Assembly (NCBI GenBank): GCA_001772615.1
Contig: MEUZ01000003.1
Span: 350,433-414,432 of the forward strand
DNA length: 64,000 nucleotides
DNA from: a candidate division WWE3 bacterium RIFCSPHIGHO2_01_FULL_40_23
GTDB taxonomy: Bacteria; Patescibacteriota; WWE3; UBA101185; 2-01-FULL-41-18
Direction: 5' to 3'
Shown: positions 19,046-28,721 of the stretch, piece by piece
Position numbering within the stretch: the first letter of the stretch is position 1
Layout of the letters: every line of letters begins with the position of its first letter
Made by a program: the position numbers and the translations under genes
The notes under the pieces: generated by a model
The model's database searches: none
Seen by the model: only the letters and a program-made list of their open reading frames with translations
Told to the model about the DNA's origin: nothing

Positions 19046-20155
19046 CTATTCATTGCCGTTTTTTTCTTGATCTTTTACTTCTTCTGACTCGGGCGTTTCT
19101 TGCGCGCTATCTTCACTGACCTTCTCTTTTTTATCTTCTTCCACCTCTGTTTTTTCCTCCACAGGACTCTCAACTGCGGGTTCCTCCTCACTTAAGGAAT
19201 CTACTTCAGGCTTGGCTGTATCGTTTAATCCCTTTATATCTATTCTCCACCCCGTAAGTTTTGCCGCAAGCCTTACATTCTGGCCTTCTTTTCCTATGGC
19301 GAGGCTTAACTGATCATCAGGAACTATAACCTTCGCTTCTTTATTGTCCCTATCTGCGATCACATCCGCAACCTTGGCGGGGGAAAGGCTTGCCGCAATA
19401 AACCTGTCAATTTCAGGGTTATATGGAATTATATCTATTTTCTCACCGTTTAACTCTGCAATAATAGCCTGAACCCTGACACCCTTCTGCCCGACACAGC
19501 TTCCAACCGGATCAACATTGGATTCTTTGGATGAAACTGCGATTTTTGTCCTGCTTCCAGGCTCCCTTGAGATAGCTTCAACCCTCACAACTCCCTGCGC
19601 GACTTCAGGGACTTCCATTGCAAAAAGATTACTAACAAAAAGGGGATCGGCTCTTGAGACGATTATTTCAAGGCCTCTTCCACCTTCTCTTATATCTTTT
19701 ACCAAAACTTTAAGCTTCTGGTTTAAAGAGTATTTTTCGGTTTGAATCTGCTCCGACTGCGGAAGGATACCTTGCGCCTTTCCAAGATCAACAATCACAA
19801 CTCCCTTTTCCATTCTGAAAATATGCGCATTAACAATTGTCCCGATTTTTTTCTTGAAGTCGGCAAACACAGTTTCCTTTTCACTTTCTCTTATTTTTTG
19901 CAAAATTACCTGTTTTGCGGTTTGAGCTGCAATCCTTCCAAAACCGGAAGGGGTTACATCCTCACCACCTTTATAAATTTTTGCTTCGCCCGTGTCGGAA
20001 TCAACGGTTGCCGTAATATCCTCGGTAGTTGAACCGTAATCTTTTTTATAAGCGGATACAAGCGCCGCTCTTATTGTTTCCAGAACCGACTCAACAGGAA
20101 TGCCCCTTTCGGTCGCAACCTGATTTAAAGCTGCATTAAATTCCGATATTGCCAT
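19046..20155 (-). CDS. nusA: Transcription termination/antitermination factor NusA
   Basis: N-terminal domain, S1 and two KH domains, plus an acidic C-terminal tail. Lies upstream of infB. Confidence 0.9.
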   Translation of the reverse strand: MAISEFNAALNQVATERGIPVESVLETIRAALVSAYKKDYGSTTEDITATVDSDTGEAKIYKGGEDVTPSGFGRIAAQTAKQVILQKIRESEKETVFADFKKKIGTIVNAHIFRMEKGVVIVDLGKAQGILPQSEQIQTEKYSLNQKLKVLVKDIREGGRGLEIIVSRADPLFVSNLFAMEVPEVAQGVVRVEAISREPGSRTKIAVSSKESNVDPVGSCVGQKGVRVQAIIAELNGEKIDIIPYNPEIDRFIAASLSPAKVADVIADRDNKEAKVIVPDDQLSLAIGKEGQNVRLAAKLTGWRIDIKGLNDTAKPEVDSLSEEEPAVESPVEEKTEVEEDKKEKVSEDSAQETPESEEVKDQEKNGNE

Positions 20156-20304
20156 AAAAAGAAAGGTGGGATTTTAGCCCACCATTATCAAAAATACTTC
20201 CTGTAAGTTATCACAAAGAGGGCGCCAAATCAAGAAGCAGCGGATATAAAATGGCTTTCAAAAGGAAAAGCCAAAGGCGTAAGCTAAATGTATAATAATG
20301 GAAT

Positions 20305-20700
20305 ATGGTTTCTACCCTTGAACAAACCTTCCCAGCAACTTACGAAAGAGATTCCGACAATGTGATAGCGCAGATAAAATCCCTTGAAGAAGAGATGATG
20401 AAAGAACACAAACTATCAGTAACGGCTCAAAAGCCAAATCCTCTACTGGAGTTTGCTGGGGGGGATAATAGTAACGGCCTAAGCGACAGAGTTGACATAT
20501 CCCTATCCTCAAGAGAAAAGAATCTTGATGCTATAGATATCTTGAAAGCGGTGAGACAAATTGAAGTATTGGTTACCAGAAACAGAGGGCATATTGACAA
20601 AAGTGCCTTCAATTCTCTTAACGATCTTGTGTATCAAAAATTAACGGAGGCCTTAACGGAAGGTGTTGACTTTAATCTCAAATTTACAGCAGAGTTTTAA
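20305..20700 (+). CDS. Hypothetical protein
   Basis: 131 aa. A TATAAT box ends about 7 nt before the ATG, so the transcript may be leaderless. Confidence 0.4.
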   Translation: MVSTLEQTFPATYERDSDNVIAQIKSLEEEMMKEHKLSVTAQKPNPLLEFAGGDNSNGLSDRVDISLSSREKNLDAIDILKAVRQIEVLVTRNRGHIDKSAFNSLNDLVYQKLTEALTEGVDFNLKFTAEF

Positions 20701-20744
20701 TATCTCCATTGACACCATACTGAAACCATGGCTATGATTTATTA

Positions 20745-21182
20745 ATGGCTTTACTGGATAAGATTAGGGAATTTGCAAAAACTATTCCGGCCGAAGTTAA
20801 AGAGAGTAAGGATACATACACACTGGAGTTTGTCCTCGCGGAAAGAAAAGCCTTCCTTACAAAACAGAAACTCACATATACGGCGAAATTTAAAATTGAT
20901 GAAAGTAGTAAGGAACTAAGATTTACGGAAATGTTAAAAGAGACAGGCATTGGTCTCTCAAGCGGGGATTCGGATATGAGTCCCGGCTTTGGCTTTAAAG
21001 CCGAGAGTTACAACACATCTTCAGGAGCAAGGGAGGGCACAATCGAAGAGCAGTCTAAAATCTTTGGCGAAAAATATTCTTATAACTTTGATTACTCTTC
21101 CGTCAGAAAAAAACTGGAGGAGCTATCAAAAGAAGAAAGCTATAATTTTAAATACGTATTAACCGGTTCAGGTCTACAGTAA
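20745..21182 (+). CDS. Hypothetical protein
   Basis: 145 aa with no motifs. Confidence 0.4.
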   Translation: MALLDKIREFAKTIPAEVKESKDTYTLEFVLAERKAFLTKQKLTYTAKFKIDESSKELRFTEMLKETGIGLSSGDSDMSPGFGFKAESYNTSSGAREGTIEEQSKIFGEKYSYNFDYSSVRKKLEELSKEESYNFKYVLTGSGLQ

Positions 21183-21200
21183 AGACCAAGGAAAGGATTT

Positions 21201-21680
21201 ATGCTTAACTCAAAAGGCATCGCGGGAAAAGTTATTTTAATAACATGCGGGGGCCTCCTTGTTCTGTTTGTTTTATTTATAGCCCTCGTATTTGGCCTTG
21301 CATCTAAAGGCAATGAAGGGCCCATTAAAGCCGCGGAAGAATTCTTAGACACAATGTCTTCAAGAGAGCTTGAAAAAGCTTATTACTCAACTTCCGGTGC
21401 ATTTCAGAAAGAAGTTTCAAAAGATCAGTTTATGGTATTTGCAGAGCAGTATCCCATCCTTGTTAAAAAAGAAAAAGTTTCTTTTTCGCAAAGGTCAACG
21501 AACAATGATACAGCAGTTCTTAGCGGGACAATCACGGGCGACGGAGGCAAAAAATCCCCCATTACCATAAACCTTGTGAAAGAAGGGGAGGTATGGAAAG
21601 TACTTAACTTAAGCCTAAGAGAAGAAGACGTGCCTAAGGACGATTTAGACACCGATTCATTTGACACTTCTTTGGACTAA
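21201..21680 (+). CDS. Membrane-anchored hypothetical protein
   Basis: N-terminal TM anchor followed by a soluble domain. Confidence 0.45.
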   Translation: MLNSKGIAGKVILITCGGLLVLFVLFIALVFGLASKGNEGPIKAAEEFLDTMSSRELEKAYYSTSGAFQKEVSKDQFMVFAEQYPILVKKEKVSFSQRSTNNDTAVLSGTITGDGGKKSPITINLVKEGEVWKVLNLSLREEDVPKDDLDTDSFDTSLD

Positions 21681-22618
21681 AGTAGCTTTCTATATTCCTC
21701 CAAAAGCTTCTTTTGTTCCTTTGAAAGCTTTTGAGGAATAATAACAAACAATCTCACAAACATGTCACCTCTCTGTGTGCTTCTTAATCTTGGCATGCCT
21801 TTTCCTTTAATTCTAAATTCGGTGCCGGGCTGTGTGCCTTGCGGAACTCTCATCCTCGTTACGGATTCTCCTGCTCCTGAAAGGGGATCAACAACGGGTA
21901 TTTCAACCTCATCCCCAAGGATTGCCTGAACAAATGAAACTTCCTTGGTCACATAAATGTCATCACCGTGCCTTTGAAAAACTTTATGGGGATAAATTCT
22001 TATCGTTATATGAAGATCTCCTGGAGGAAGCCCACTAGGACCTTCTTCACCGTAGCCCTCAAACCTTAATTCATTTCCATCCCTTATTCCCGCGGGAATT
22101 TTAATCTTTAACCTCTTGCCGTTAATATTTATTTCTTCCTCCCTTCCCCTAACCGAATCGGCAAAAGATATTGTCATCTCATAATCAAGATTTTTGCCTT
22201 TTCTTGGCCTCCTTGAACCCCCAAATCCCCTAAACCCAAAAACCTGCTCAAAAATGTCAAAGGGATCAAAGTCCTCCCCAAAGCCTTCAAAACCTTGACC
22301 GCCTGTTGAATAAGTATAGGTAAATGGACCCCACTGCCCGGCTCGCTGCCCCCCGAAACCGCCAAATGGACCCTCTCCGGGAAATCCTCCGTAACCCGGT
22401 TGAGCCGTGCCATAGGTATCATACATTTTTCTTTTTTGCGGATCTGACAAAACCTGATACGCTTCGTTTATCTCTTTAAACTTGGCCTCCGCTGCCGTTT
22501 TATCTTTTGCAACATCGGGATGGTGCTCTTTTGCCAGCCTTTTATAAGCGGCTTTGATTTCTTCTCCCGAAGCGTTTTTTGAAATTCCTAAAATTTCATA
22601 ATAATCTCTTTGAGCCAT
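21677..22618 (-). CDS. dnaJ: J-domain chaperone DnaJ (type II, no CxxCxGxG zinc-finger repeats)
   Basis: J domain with HPD (YYEILGISKNASGEEIKAAYKRLAKEHHPD), a G/F-rich linker and C-terminal substrate-binding domains. Confidence 0.85.
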   Translation of the reverse strand: MAQRDYYEILGISKNASGEEIKAAYKRLAKEHHPDVAKDKTAAEAKFKEINEAYQVLSDPQKRKMYDTYGTAQPGYGGFPGEGPFGGFGGQRAGQWGPFTYTYSTGGQGFEGFGEDFDPFDIFEQVFGFRGFGGSRRPRKGKNLDYEMTISFADSVRGREEEININGKRLKIKIPAGIRDGNELRFEGYGEEGPSGLPPGDLHITIRIYPHKVFQRHGDDIYVTKEVSFVQAILGDEVEIPVVDPLSGAGESVTRMRVPQGTQPGTEFRIKGKGMPRLRSTQRGDMFVRLFVIIPQKLSKEQKKLLEEYRKLL

Positions 22619-22640
22619 AGTAAAATGTATTTTACATCAA

Positions 22641-22678
22641 AAATAAAAAAGGGCGTCCGACTTAAAGCCAAACGCCCC
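22641..22678 (-). terminator. Intrinsic terminator downstream of the small membrane ORF
   Basis: Reads ggggcgt..acgccc followed by TTTTTTATTTTT on the minus strand. Confidence 0.55.
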
Positions 22679-22703
22679 AAAGTTTCGGGTGCACACTTTC
22701 CTC

Positions 22704-22922
22704 TCAAGGTGCTACCGGGGCTTTTGGAAAAATAAAAGCCGCCAAAGAAAGGGCGAGCGAAAAAAGTAGGGGTGCAATGAGGGCCCTCACTATTTCTTCA
22801 AAATCCCAGCTATGCCCCGTTATCCAATCGGCAGTAAAGCTTCCAAGCATTACAAAAGAGAGGAAAACGAATGTGACTATAAAGCCAAACGCCGCTCCCG
22901 TGAACCGAAGTCTAAGGTTCAT
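22704..22922 (-). CDS. Small membrane protein, hypothetical
   Basis: 72 aa with two TM helices. Confidence 0.4.
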   Translation of the reverse strand: MNLRLRFTGAAFGFIVTFVFLSFVMLGSFTADWITGHSWDFEEIVRALIAPLLFSLALSLAAFIFPKAPVAP

Positions 22923-23103
22923 CTTAAATCTCCTTTCTTCTCTACGCCGATTGTAGCAGATAACGTTTACTAATTCATTTTTCCATTATGGGAATGTAAA
23001 AAGTGCTAAATTCGGCACCTGCATTTTTGCAATTTATAGATAGGAAATGTTAACATTTACCAACGCACAGGAGAAGCTAACCAAACTAAAGAGGAGAGGA
23101 AAG

Positions 23104-23475
23104 ATGCTAACCCTTTTGATTTTCAATTTCCCAAATCAGATAAGAATTCAAGGAGAAGTGGTAGAAACTCTATTCAAAGCACTCGCCGGTCTGTGTCAAA
23201 TAAGCGAGAGAGATATCAGGCCGCATATTCTAAATACTGCCTGCTGTTTACTTGAGCCGAATGGGAGGCTGGCCCAGCCCTACAGACACGGTGTGCATGT
23301 TCTAGTTGAATGGCAGGAAAAGCGCGATGATCTTACCGTAATCGCTGGCATCGCTTTTGCCATACAAGCCTTTCTGGATGCACATGGATTTGGCGACTAC
23401 TCCGATATCCTTTTCCTTGGCACACAGGCGCATTTCCACCATGGGGAACTGGTTTTGGCTACGCCCCAAGCATGA
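23104..23475 (+). CDS. Hypothetical protein (higher GC)
   Basis: Start MLTLLIFNF... downstream of aggagaggaaag. About 123 aa. Confidence 0.4.
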   Translation: MLTLLIFNFPNQIRIQGEVVETLFKALAGLCQISERDIRPHILNTACCLLEPNGRLAQPYRHGVHVLVEWQEKRDDLTVIAGIAFAIQAFLDAHGFGDYSDILFLGTQAHFHHGELVLATPQA

Positions 23476-23592
23476 ACTACACACAAGCCCTGTCTTTTAA
23501 AAGCGGGGCTTTTGTCCCCCATTTAAACTCCCATTGATGACGGTAAAGGCATTATGATAAAATAGGGATTAGATAAACGAAAGGAGAAGGCT

Positions 23593-23895
23593 ATGATTTC
23601 AGTAAAGGTCACAACCGATGGGGTGCCACTAGTTCCTTTCATGGAAAGACTCCAGATCGCGATCAAAAGGTTCATCGCAGGGTACACCTCAATTCCTGAA
23701 AGGGATATTGAAGTAAATTGGTGTTTTGGAACAGCCCCGCAAGCCCGAAACCTCAGTGTAGCTCTTGAAGTTCAAGGCACGACACAGGAAACACTCGGAA
23801 CCAGGCTTTTACAACTCCTGACGGGGAATCGAGTGCTTCCCGAATCTGTGAGGGATGTTTCGGTAACCGTAAATGGAGTCACAAACCGCTTATGA
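23593..23895 (+). CDS. Hypothetical protein (higher GC)
   Basis: RBS aaaggagaagg upstream. 100 aa. Followed by the terminator at 23925-23953. Confidence 0.45.
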   Translation: MISVKVTTDGVPLVPFMERLQIAIKRFIAGYTSIPERDIEVNWCFGTAPQARNLSVALEVQGTTQETLGTRLLQLLTGNRVLPESVRDVSVTVNGVTNRL

Positions 23896-23924
23896 CACCT
23901 TCAACGGCTACCGACAAGAAATTC

Positions 23925-23953
23925 AACCCTGATATCAAACGTCAGGGTTTTTT
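23925..23953 (+). terminator. Intrinsic terminator
   Basis: Stem ccctga / tcaggg, then TTTTTT. Confidence 0.6.
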
Positions 23954-23975
23954 ATTCCTACAATTTCAAACGGAT

Positions 23976-24052
23976 TGTCATTCCGGCGCCTGTCCACCTA
24001 TGGCGGGAAAGCCAGAATCTATTATGAGATCCTGGATCAAGTCCAGGATGAC
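23976..24052. repeat. Palindromic repeat family copy R7
   Basis: tgtcattccggc...gcgggaaagccagaatct...atcctggatcaagtccaggatgaca shares core and ends with the other copies. Confidence 0.6.
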
Positions 24053-24078
24053 AAACACCTTTATGCAGCAATAAAAGC

Positions 24079-26004
24079 CTACTCAACAACCTCACCTTCA
24101 ACCGGGCCTTGACTGTCTGAATCAGAAGGCCCTCCTCCCGAACCACTTCCTCCTGATGGACCGGAAGAACCCGGACCTTCGGGACCCGTAGATGTTCCCG
24201 CCCCGGTCTGTCCCTGGCCGTACATGTACTGACCAATCTTTTGAAGGCTCGCAGACAAATCTGAAGTCTTATTTTTAAGCTCCGTTGCGTCAGCCGTTGA
24301 TAAAACATCCCGTATCCCTTTCACCTTATCTTCAATTTCCTTTTTTAAGTCGGCAGGAACTTTGTCTCCTGCATCCCTTAAAGACTTCTCCGCCGTATAG
24401 CAAAGGTTATCAGCCGTATTTCTGGCTTCTGCCAGTTCTTTTCTCTTTCTATCTTCTTCGGCGTGCGCCCCTGCTTCCTTTACCATCCTGTCAACCTCTT
24501 CTTTTGACAAACCCGTCCCTCCCTGTATCGTAATATGCTGTTCCTTATTGGTAGCCTTATCTTTTGCCTTCACGTTTAAAATCCCATTAGCGTCTATATC
24601 AAACGCAACCTCAACCTGCGGAACTCCACGCGGTGCGGGTGGAATCCCGTCAAGAATAAATCTTCCAAGACTTTTATTATCCGAAGCCATCTCTCGCTCT
24701 CCCTGCAAAACATTAACCTCAACCGAAGTCTGATTATCGGCAGCCGTTGAAAACACCTGTGAAGCAGACGTAGGAATGGTTGTGTTTCGCTTTATTAGAG
24801 GCGTCATTACACCTCCGAGTGTCTCAAGCCCAAGAGTCAGAGGCGTAACATCAAGAAGAAGGATATCTTTAACTTCTCCACCTAAAACACCCCCCTGAAT
24901 GGCGGCGCCAACGGCCACAACTTCATCAGGATTAACTCCCATGTGGGGCTCCTTTCCAAAAAAGTTTCTGACCGTCTCAACAACTTTAGGCATTCTTGTC
25001 ATACCCCCGACAAGAACAACTTCATCTATATCCTTAACCGTAACTCCTGCATCAGAAAGTGCACGTTCAATAGGAGAAACGGTTCTTTGAATGAGCCCAT
25101 CCATAAGCTGTTCCAGCTTAGCCCTGGTAAGCTTAACCTGAAGGTGCTTGGGGCCTGAAGAATCGGCAGTAATAAAAGGTATATTAATTTCAGTTTCCAT
25201 TACGGATGAAAGTTCTATTTTTGCCTTCTCCGCCGCATCCTTTAATCTTTGCAATGCCTGCCTGTCTTTTGACAAATCAATTCCATTCTCTTTTTTAAAC
25301 TCGGAGGTTAAAAAGTTAATTAAAACGTTGTCAAAATCATCACCTCCAAGGTGCGTGTCTCCATTGGTCGACTTAACTTCAAAGACCCCGTCTCCTATTT
25401 CAAGAACCGAAACGTCAAAAGTCCCCCCGCCAAGGTCATAAACACATATCCTCTCGTTTTTCTTTTTATCAAGGCCGTAAGCAAGGGATGCGGCCGTCGG
25501 CTCATTAATAATTCTTTTCACATCAAGCCCTGCAATCTGCCCCGCTTCCTTGGTCGCATTTCTTTGAGAGTCGTCAAAATAAGCGGGGACTGTAATAACT
25601 GCTTCAGTTACCACTTGACCAAGAAACGCTTCCGCATCCGCCTTTAATTTAGATAAAATTTTTGCTGAAATTTCTTGAGGAGTATAAATTGTGCCTTCTA
25701 TCTCAACGCAGGCAAGTCCCCCTTTCCCCTCAACAATGTTATACGGAAGCGCTTTAATAAGATTTTGAACTTCGGGGTCTGAAAACCTTCTTCCCATAAG
25801 TCTTTTGATAGAAAAAATAGTGTTTTTTGGATTTACTATCTGCTGTCTTTTAGCGGGCACACCAACCAGATTTTTGGAAGGATCAACAATTGAGGGTGTT
25901 GTATTCATCCCTTCTCTGTTTGGCATAACTTTAGGGGAACCTGCTTCCATAACGGCCATGCATGAATTTGTTGTTCCAAGATCAATTCCTATAATTTTTC
26001 CCAT
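24079..26004 (-). CDS. dnaK: Chaperone DnaK (Hsp70)
   Basis: [18 protein letters not shown], 641 aa, Gly-rich C-terminus. Confidence 0.95.
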   Translation of the reverse strand: MGKIIGIDLGTTNSCMAVMEAGSPKVMPNREGMNTTPSIVDPSKNLVGVPAKRQQIVNPKNTIFSIKRLMGRRFSDPEVQNLIKALPYNIVEGKGGLACVEIEGTIYTPQEISAKILSKLKADAEAFLGQVVTEAVITVPAYFDDSQRNATKEAGQIAGLDVKRIINEPTAASLAYGLDKKKNERICVYDLGGGTFDVSVLEIGDGVFEVKSTNGDTHLGGDDFDNVLINFLTSEFKKENGIDLSKDRQALQRLKDAAEKAKIELSSVMETEINIPFITADSSGPKHLQVKLTRAKLEQLMDGLIQRTVSPIERALSDAGVTVKDIDEVVLVGGMTRMPKVVETVRNFFGKEPHMGVNPDEVVAVGAAIQGGVLGGEVKDILLLDVTPLTLGLETLGGVMTPLIKRNTTIPTSASQVFSTAADNQTSVEVNVLQGEREMASDNKSLGRFILDGIPPAPRGVPQVEVAFDIDANGILNVKAKDKATNKEQHITIQGGTGLSKEEVDRMVKEAGAHAEEDRKRKELAEARNTADNLCYTAEKSLRDAGDKVPADLKKEIEDKVKGIRDVLSTADATELKNKTSDLSASLQKIGQYMYGQGQTGAGTSTGPEGPGSSGPSGGSGSGGGPSDSDSQGPVEGEVVE

Positions 26005-26078
26005 ATAAAATCCTCCTTTAAGTAAAAGATAACTTCATTATAGAGTTGATATTCATTCTCCCTCTTCAAGAACAAATA

Positions 26079-26534
26079 TCAGCTTCCAATGGCTTTCCCT
26101 ACCTTAACTCTGGCGGGGCGGATAACTTTATCACGTATTTTATAGCCTTTTAATACCACCTCTATAACTTTATTATCTTCGCCTTCAACAATTTCCGAAG
26201 CTTCCATTGACGAAGGGTCAAAATCTTTTCCTAAAGCTTCTATTTCTTCCGCACCCTCATCCTTTATAATATCCGAAAGCTGTTTTGTAATAAGAGCCAA
26301 CCCCTGATCTGAAAGATGCTCGCAGAGGTTTTCAAGATTATCAAGAACGGGTATAAGCCTTTCAAGAAGAATAAAATTTGAAAATGCGACCACCGCTTCT
26401 TTTTCTTCATTAAATCTTCTCTCAAGATTTTTATAATCAGCCAAGGCTCTTTTCCAGCTTTCTTCGAGCTCTTTTACCTTTAAATCTTTTTCATTTTGTT
26501 TTTGATCGTTCTGATCTGAAATATTATTATCCAT
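26079..26534 (-). CDS. grpE: Nucleotide exchange factor GrpE
   Basis: 151 aa with a coiled-coil and beta domain. Located between hrcA and dnaK. Confidence 0.8.
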   Translation of the reverse strand: MDNNISDQNDQKQNEKDLKVKELEESWKRALADYKNLERRFNEEKEAVVAFSNFILLERLIPVLDNLENLCEHLSDQGLALITKQLSDIIKDEGAEEIEALGKDFDPSSMEASEIVEGEDNKVIEVVLKGYKIRDKVIRPARVKVGKAIGS

Positions 26535-27259
26535 TACCAGCTTGCACCTAACTCCTCAAGTAAACTTTTTACATATCTTACCGAAGGAACAATAGTTCCA
26601 TATGGCATTCTCGCAGGCCCTAAAACGGCGACCACGCCCGAATGCCTGCCAGATGAATAAGGCGCAAATACAATACAGCATGGTTTAAGATTTGTTAACC
26701 CCGTTTCCTCTCCAATTATAGTTTTTACGTCCTTATCCGAATGAGCTCTTTCAAAAATCTGATGCAAAATCTCATGGTTATCAAGAAGATGCAACGCAGC
26801 TTTAGCAACATCAATTTCCCAAAACTCTTTTTCATCCAAAACATTTACGCTTCCCGCATAAAATACATGCCCATCATAAGTTGTGGTTATTGCAAGTTTT
26901 TTAGTAAATTCAGAAAGGGCTATAGCCGCCTGTCTTAAAAGTTTTTCAAATTCAAATCTTACAGGCCAGAGCTTTTGCTTCATGGCTACTTCCTGAAGGA
27001 TTGGAAGCTCGGATTCATCAAGGAGCTGATCAACGTAAAATCTAAACCCCATAGTAGTTGGAGTTCTGCCTGCTGAAGTATGCCTCATTTCAAGAAAACC
27101 CTTTTTAATAAGATCCACCATTTCATTTCTTACGGTTGCGGCTGAAACTTTAAGCTTATACTTTTCAACAAGCTTCTGCGACCCAACGGCATCGGACGAA
27201 TCTATATACTCCTGAATAATGGCTTTTAGAAGACCTACCTGCCTTTCCGAAAGATCCAT
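26534..27259 (-). CDS. hrcA: Heat-inducible transcription repressor HrcA
   Basis: The N-terminal wHTH MDLSERQVGLLKAIIQEYIDSSDAVGSQKLV is typical of HrcA. Heads the hrcA-grpE-dnaK operon. Confidence 0.8.
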   Translation of the reverse strand: MDLSERQVGLLKAIIQEYIDSSDAVGSQKLVEKYKLKVSAATVRNEMVDLIKKGFLEMRHTSAGRTPTTMGFRFYVDQLLDESELPILQEVAMKQKLWPVRFEFEKLLRQAAIALSEFTKKLAITTTYDGHVFYAGSVNVLDEKEFWEIDVAKAALHLLDNHEILHQIFERAHSDKDVKTIIGEETGLTNLKPCCIVFAPYSSGRHSGVVAVLGPARMPYGTIVPSVRYVKSLLEELGASW

Positions 27260-27426
27260 AAGTGTGTATGTTGCACGGCGCTTGAGCAGTAAACCCCCGG
27301 CAAAATAAAATTTAATAAATTAAGTTTTCACTTATCAGTATTATATTTAGAGTGCCAACTTGTCAAGAGCTAAGTTTGAGGATGTTGTTGATTTAAAGCT
27401 TATAGTAAACTATGATTGTTTGTAAC

Positions 27427-28116
27427 ATGAATTTTCACATCATCACGCTCTTTCCTGAAATGTTTGAGGGGGTATTTGAGCGCTCGCTTATAAAAAGAGC
27501 CAGAGAGAAAGGGATCATTAACATAAACCTTATCCAGCTAAGAGATTTTGCTATTGATAGGCATGGGACGGTTGACGACAAACCATACGGCGGCGGTGTT
27601 GGGATGCTCCTTATAGCAAAACCTATTTTTGATGCCGTCAGATCTGTTTATCCAAGTGCCGGTAACCCTTCCGAAAAATCAACAAATAAGAGAGTGATAC
27701 TTCTTTCACCAAGAGGAGAAAAGCTTTCACAGGAAAAGGTTAAAAAGCTTTCAAAGCTTTCAGAAATAATTTTAATTTGCGGAAGGTATGAAGGCGTTGA
27801 TGATAGGGTTCACAGCCTTTGCGATGAAGAGATTTCAATCGGGGACTATGTGCTATCCGGAGGTGAGATACCGGCAATGGTTTTAGTGGACTCTGTATCA
27901 AGACTTATTAAAGGCGTTTTAATAAAAGAGGAAGCTTTAAAAACTGAATCATTTACAAACGGCGTAATTGAATTTCCCCAGTATACAAGGCCAGAAAATT
28001 TTGAGGGTATGAAAGTCCCTGAAATTTTATTATCGGGAGATCATAAAAAAATTGAGGACTGGAAAAAAGAGCAGGCAAGAAAACTTACAAAAGATAAAAG
28101 ACCCGACCTTTTATAG
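27427..28116 (+). CDS. trmD: tRNA (guanine37-N1)-methyltransferase TrmD
   Basis: MNFHIITLFPEMFEG... is the SPOUT TrmD signature. Start taken at the second ATG. Confidence 0.85.
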   Translation: MNFHIITLFPEMFEGVFERSLIKRAREKGIININLIQLRDFAIDRHGTVDDKPYGGGVGMLLIAKPIFDAVRSVYPSAGNPSEKSTNKRVILLSPRGEKLSQEKVKKLSKLSEIILICGRYEGVDDRVHSLCDEEISIGDYVLSGGEIPAMVLVDSVSRLIKGVLIKEEALKTESFTNGVIEFPQYTRPENFEGMKVPEILLSGDHKKIEDWKKEQARKLTKDKRPDLL

Positions 28117-28215
28117 AGATTGCTTCGCTACGCTCGCAATGACTTTGTTAACATTCCCGTCATTGCGAGGACCCGCCTCTCAAGCGAGGCGAGAGGGCGG
28201 GGACGAAGCAATCTA
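28117..28215. repeat. Nested GC-rich palindromic element R1
   Basis: The outer inverted repeat is gattgcttcg...cgaagcaatc. Inner inverted repeats are ctcgcaatgac/gtcattgcgag and ccgcctctc/gagagggcgg. Confidence 0.6.
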
Positions 28216-28280
28216 GCCCATTTATCTGATTTGAAAAAATTTCCTGTTGTTGTAGACTAAAACTCCAAAGGAGACGACCA

Positions 28281-28640
28281 ATGAACGGCAAACCAAAGGC
28301 AGTTCTGTTTTTGGATTCGAACGAGTCTTACTTGCGTTTTTGGAAGTATGAGCTAAGAAGCGTATTACATGTCCTCACCGCCCAAACCACGAGGCAAGCT
28401 AAAGAGGTTTTCAACCAAAACAACGGCAAGTACAACATTATTGCCATTGTAATTGACGTGGGGGTGGACAAATTTCCAGAGTTCCTAGCGTTCATTAAAA
28501 AAAGTGCAGGGTACATAGGCGAAATAATCGCCACAGCTAGCACCTTCAATGAATATCAACGCTTTTTAAGGCTTGATTTCACCGTGGGTGTTATTAAGAC
28601 TGACGCAGCCGACAAGATCCGAGAGCTTGCACACAAGTAA
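28281..28640 (+). CDS. Hypothetical protein, possibly receiver-domain-like (higher GC)
   Basis: 119 aa. The VLFLDSNESY...IIAIVIDVG pattern resembles a CheY-like fold. Weak call. Confidence 0.35.
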   Translation: MNGKPKAVLFLDSNESYLRFWKYELRSVLHVLTAQTTRQAKEVFNQNNGKYNIIAIVIDVGVDKFPEFLAFIKKSAGYIGEIIATASTFNEYQRFLRLDFTVGVIKTDAADKIRELAHK

Positions 28641-28649
28641 CTCTCTATC

Positions 28650-28682
28650 ACCCGTTTGCCACCAAAAGCAAGCGGGTTTTTT
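28650..28682 (+). terminator. Intrinsic terminator
   Basis: Stem acccgtttgc/gcaagcgggt, then TTTTTT. Confidence 0.6.
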
Positions 28683-28721
28683 AATTTGACACTAAAATAC
28701 ATAGTAGTATCATTAACCGCA

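Noticed and set aside
24285-26008. Plus-strand ORFs antisense to dnaK
   Set aside because: Antisense to a canonical Hsp70 gene, with no SD or motifs.
27347-27373. Possible CIRCE operator upstream of hrcA
   Set aside because: Only the TTAG...CTAA termini and the 9-9-9 spacing fit. The arms are not inverted repeats of each other and match the consensus TTAGCACTC/GAGTGCTAA in about 12 of 18 positions. I kept it as a low-interest note only.
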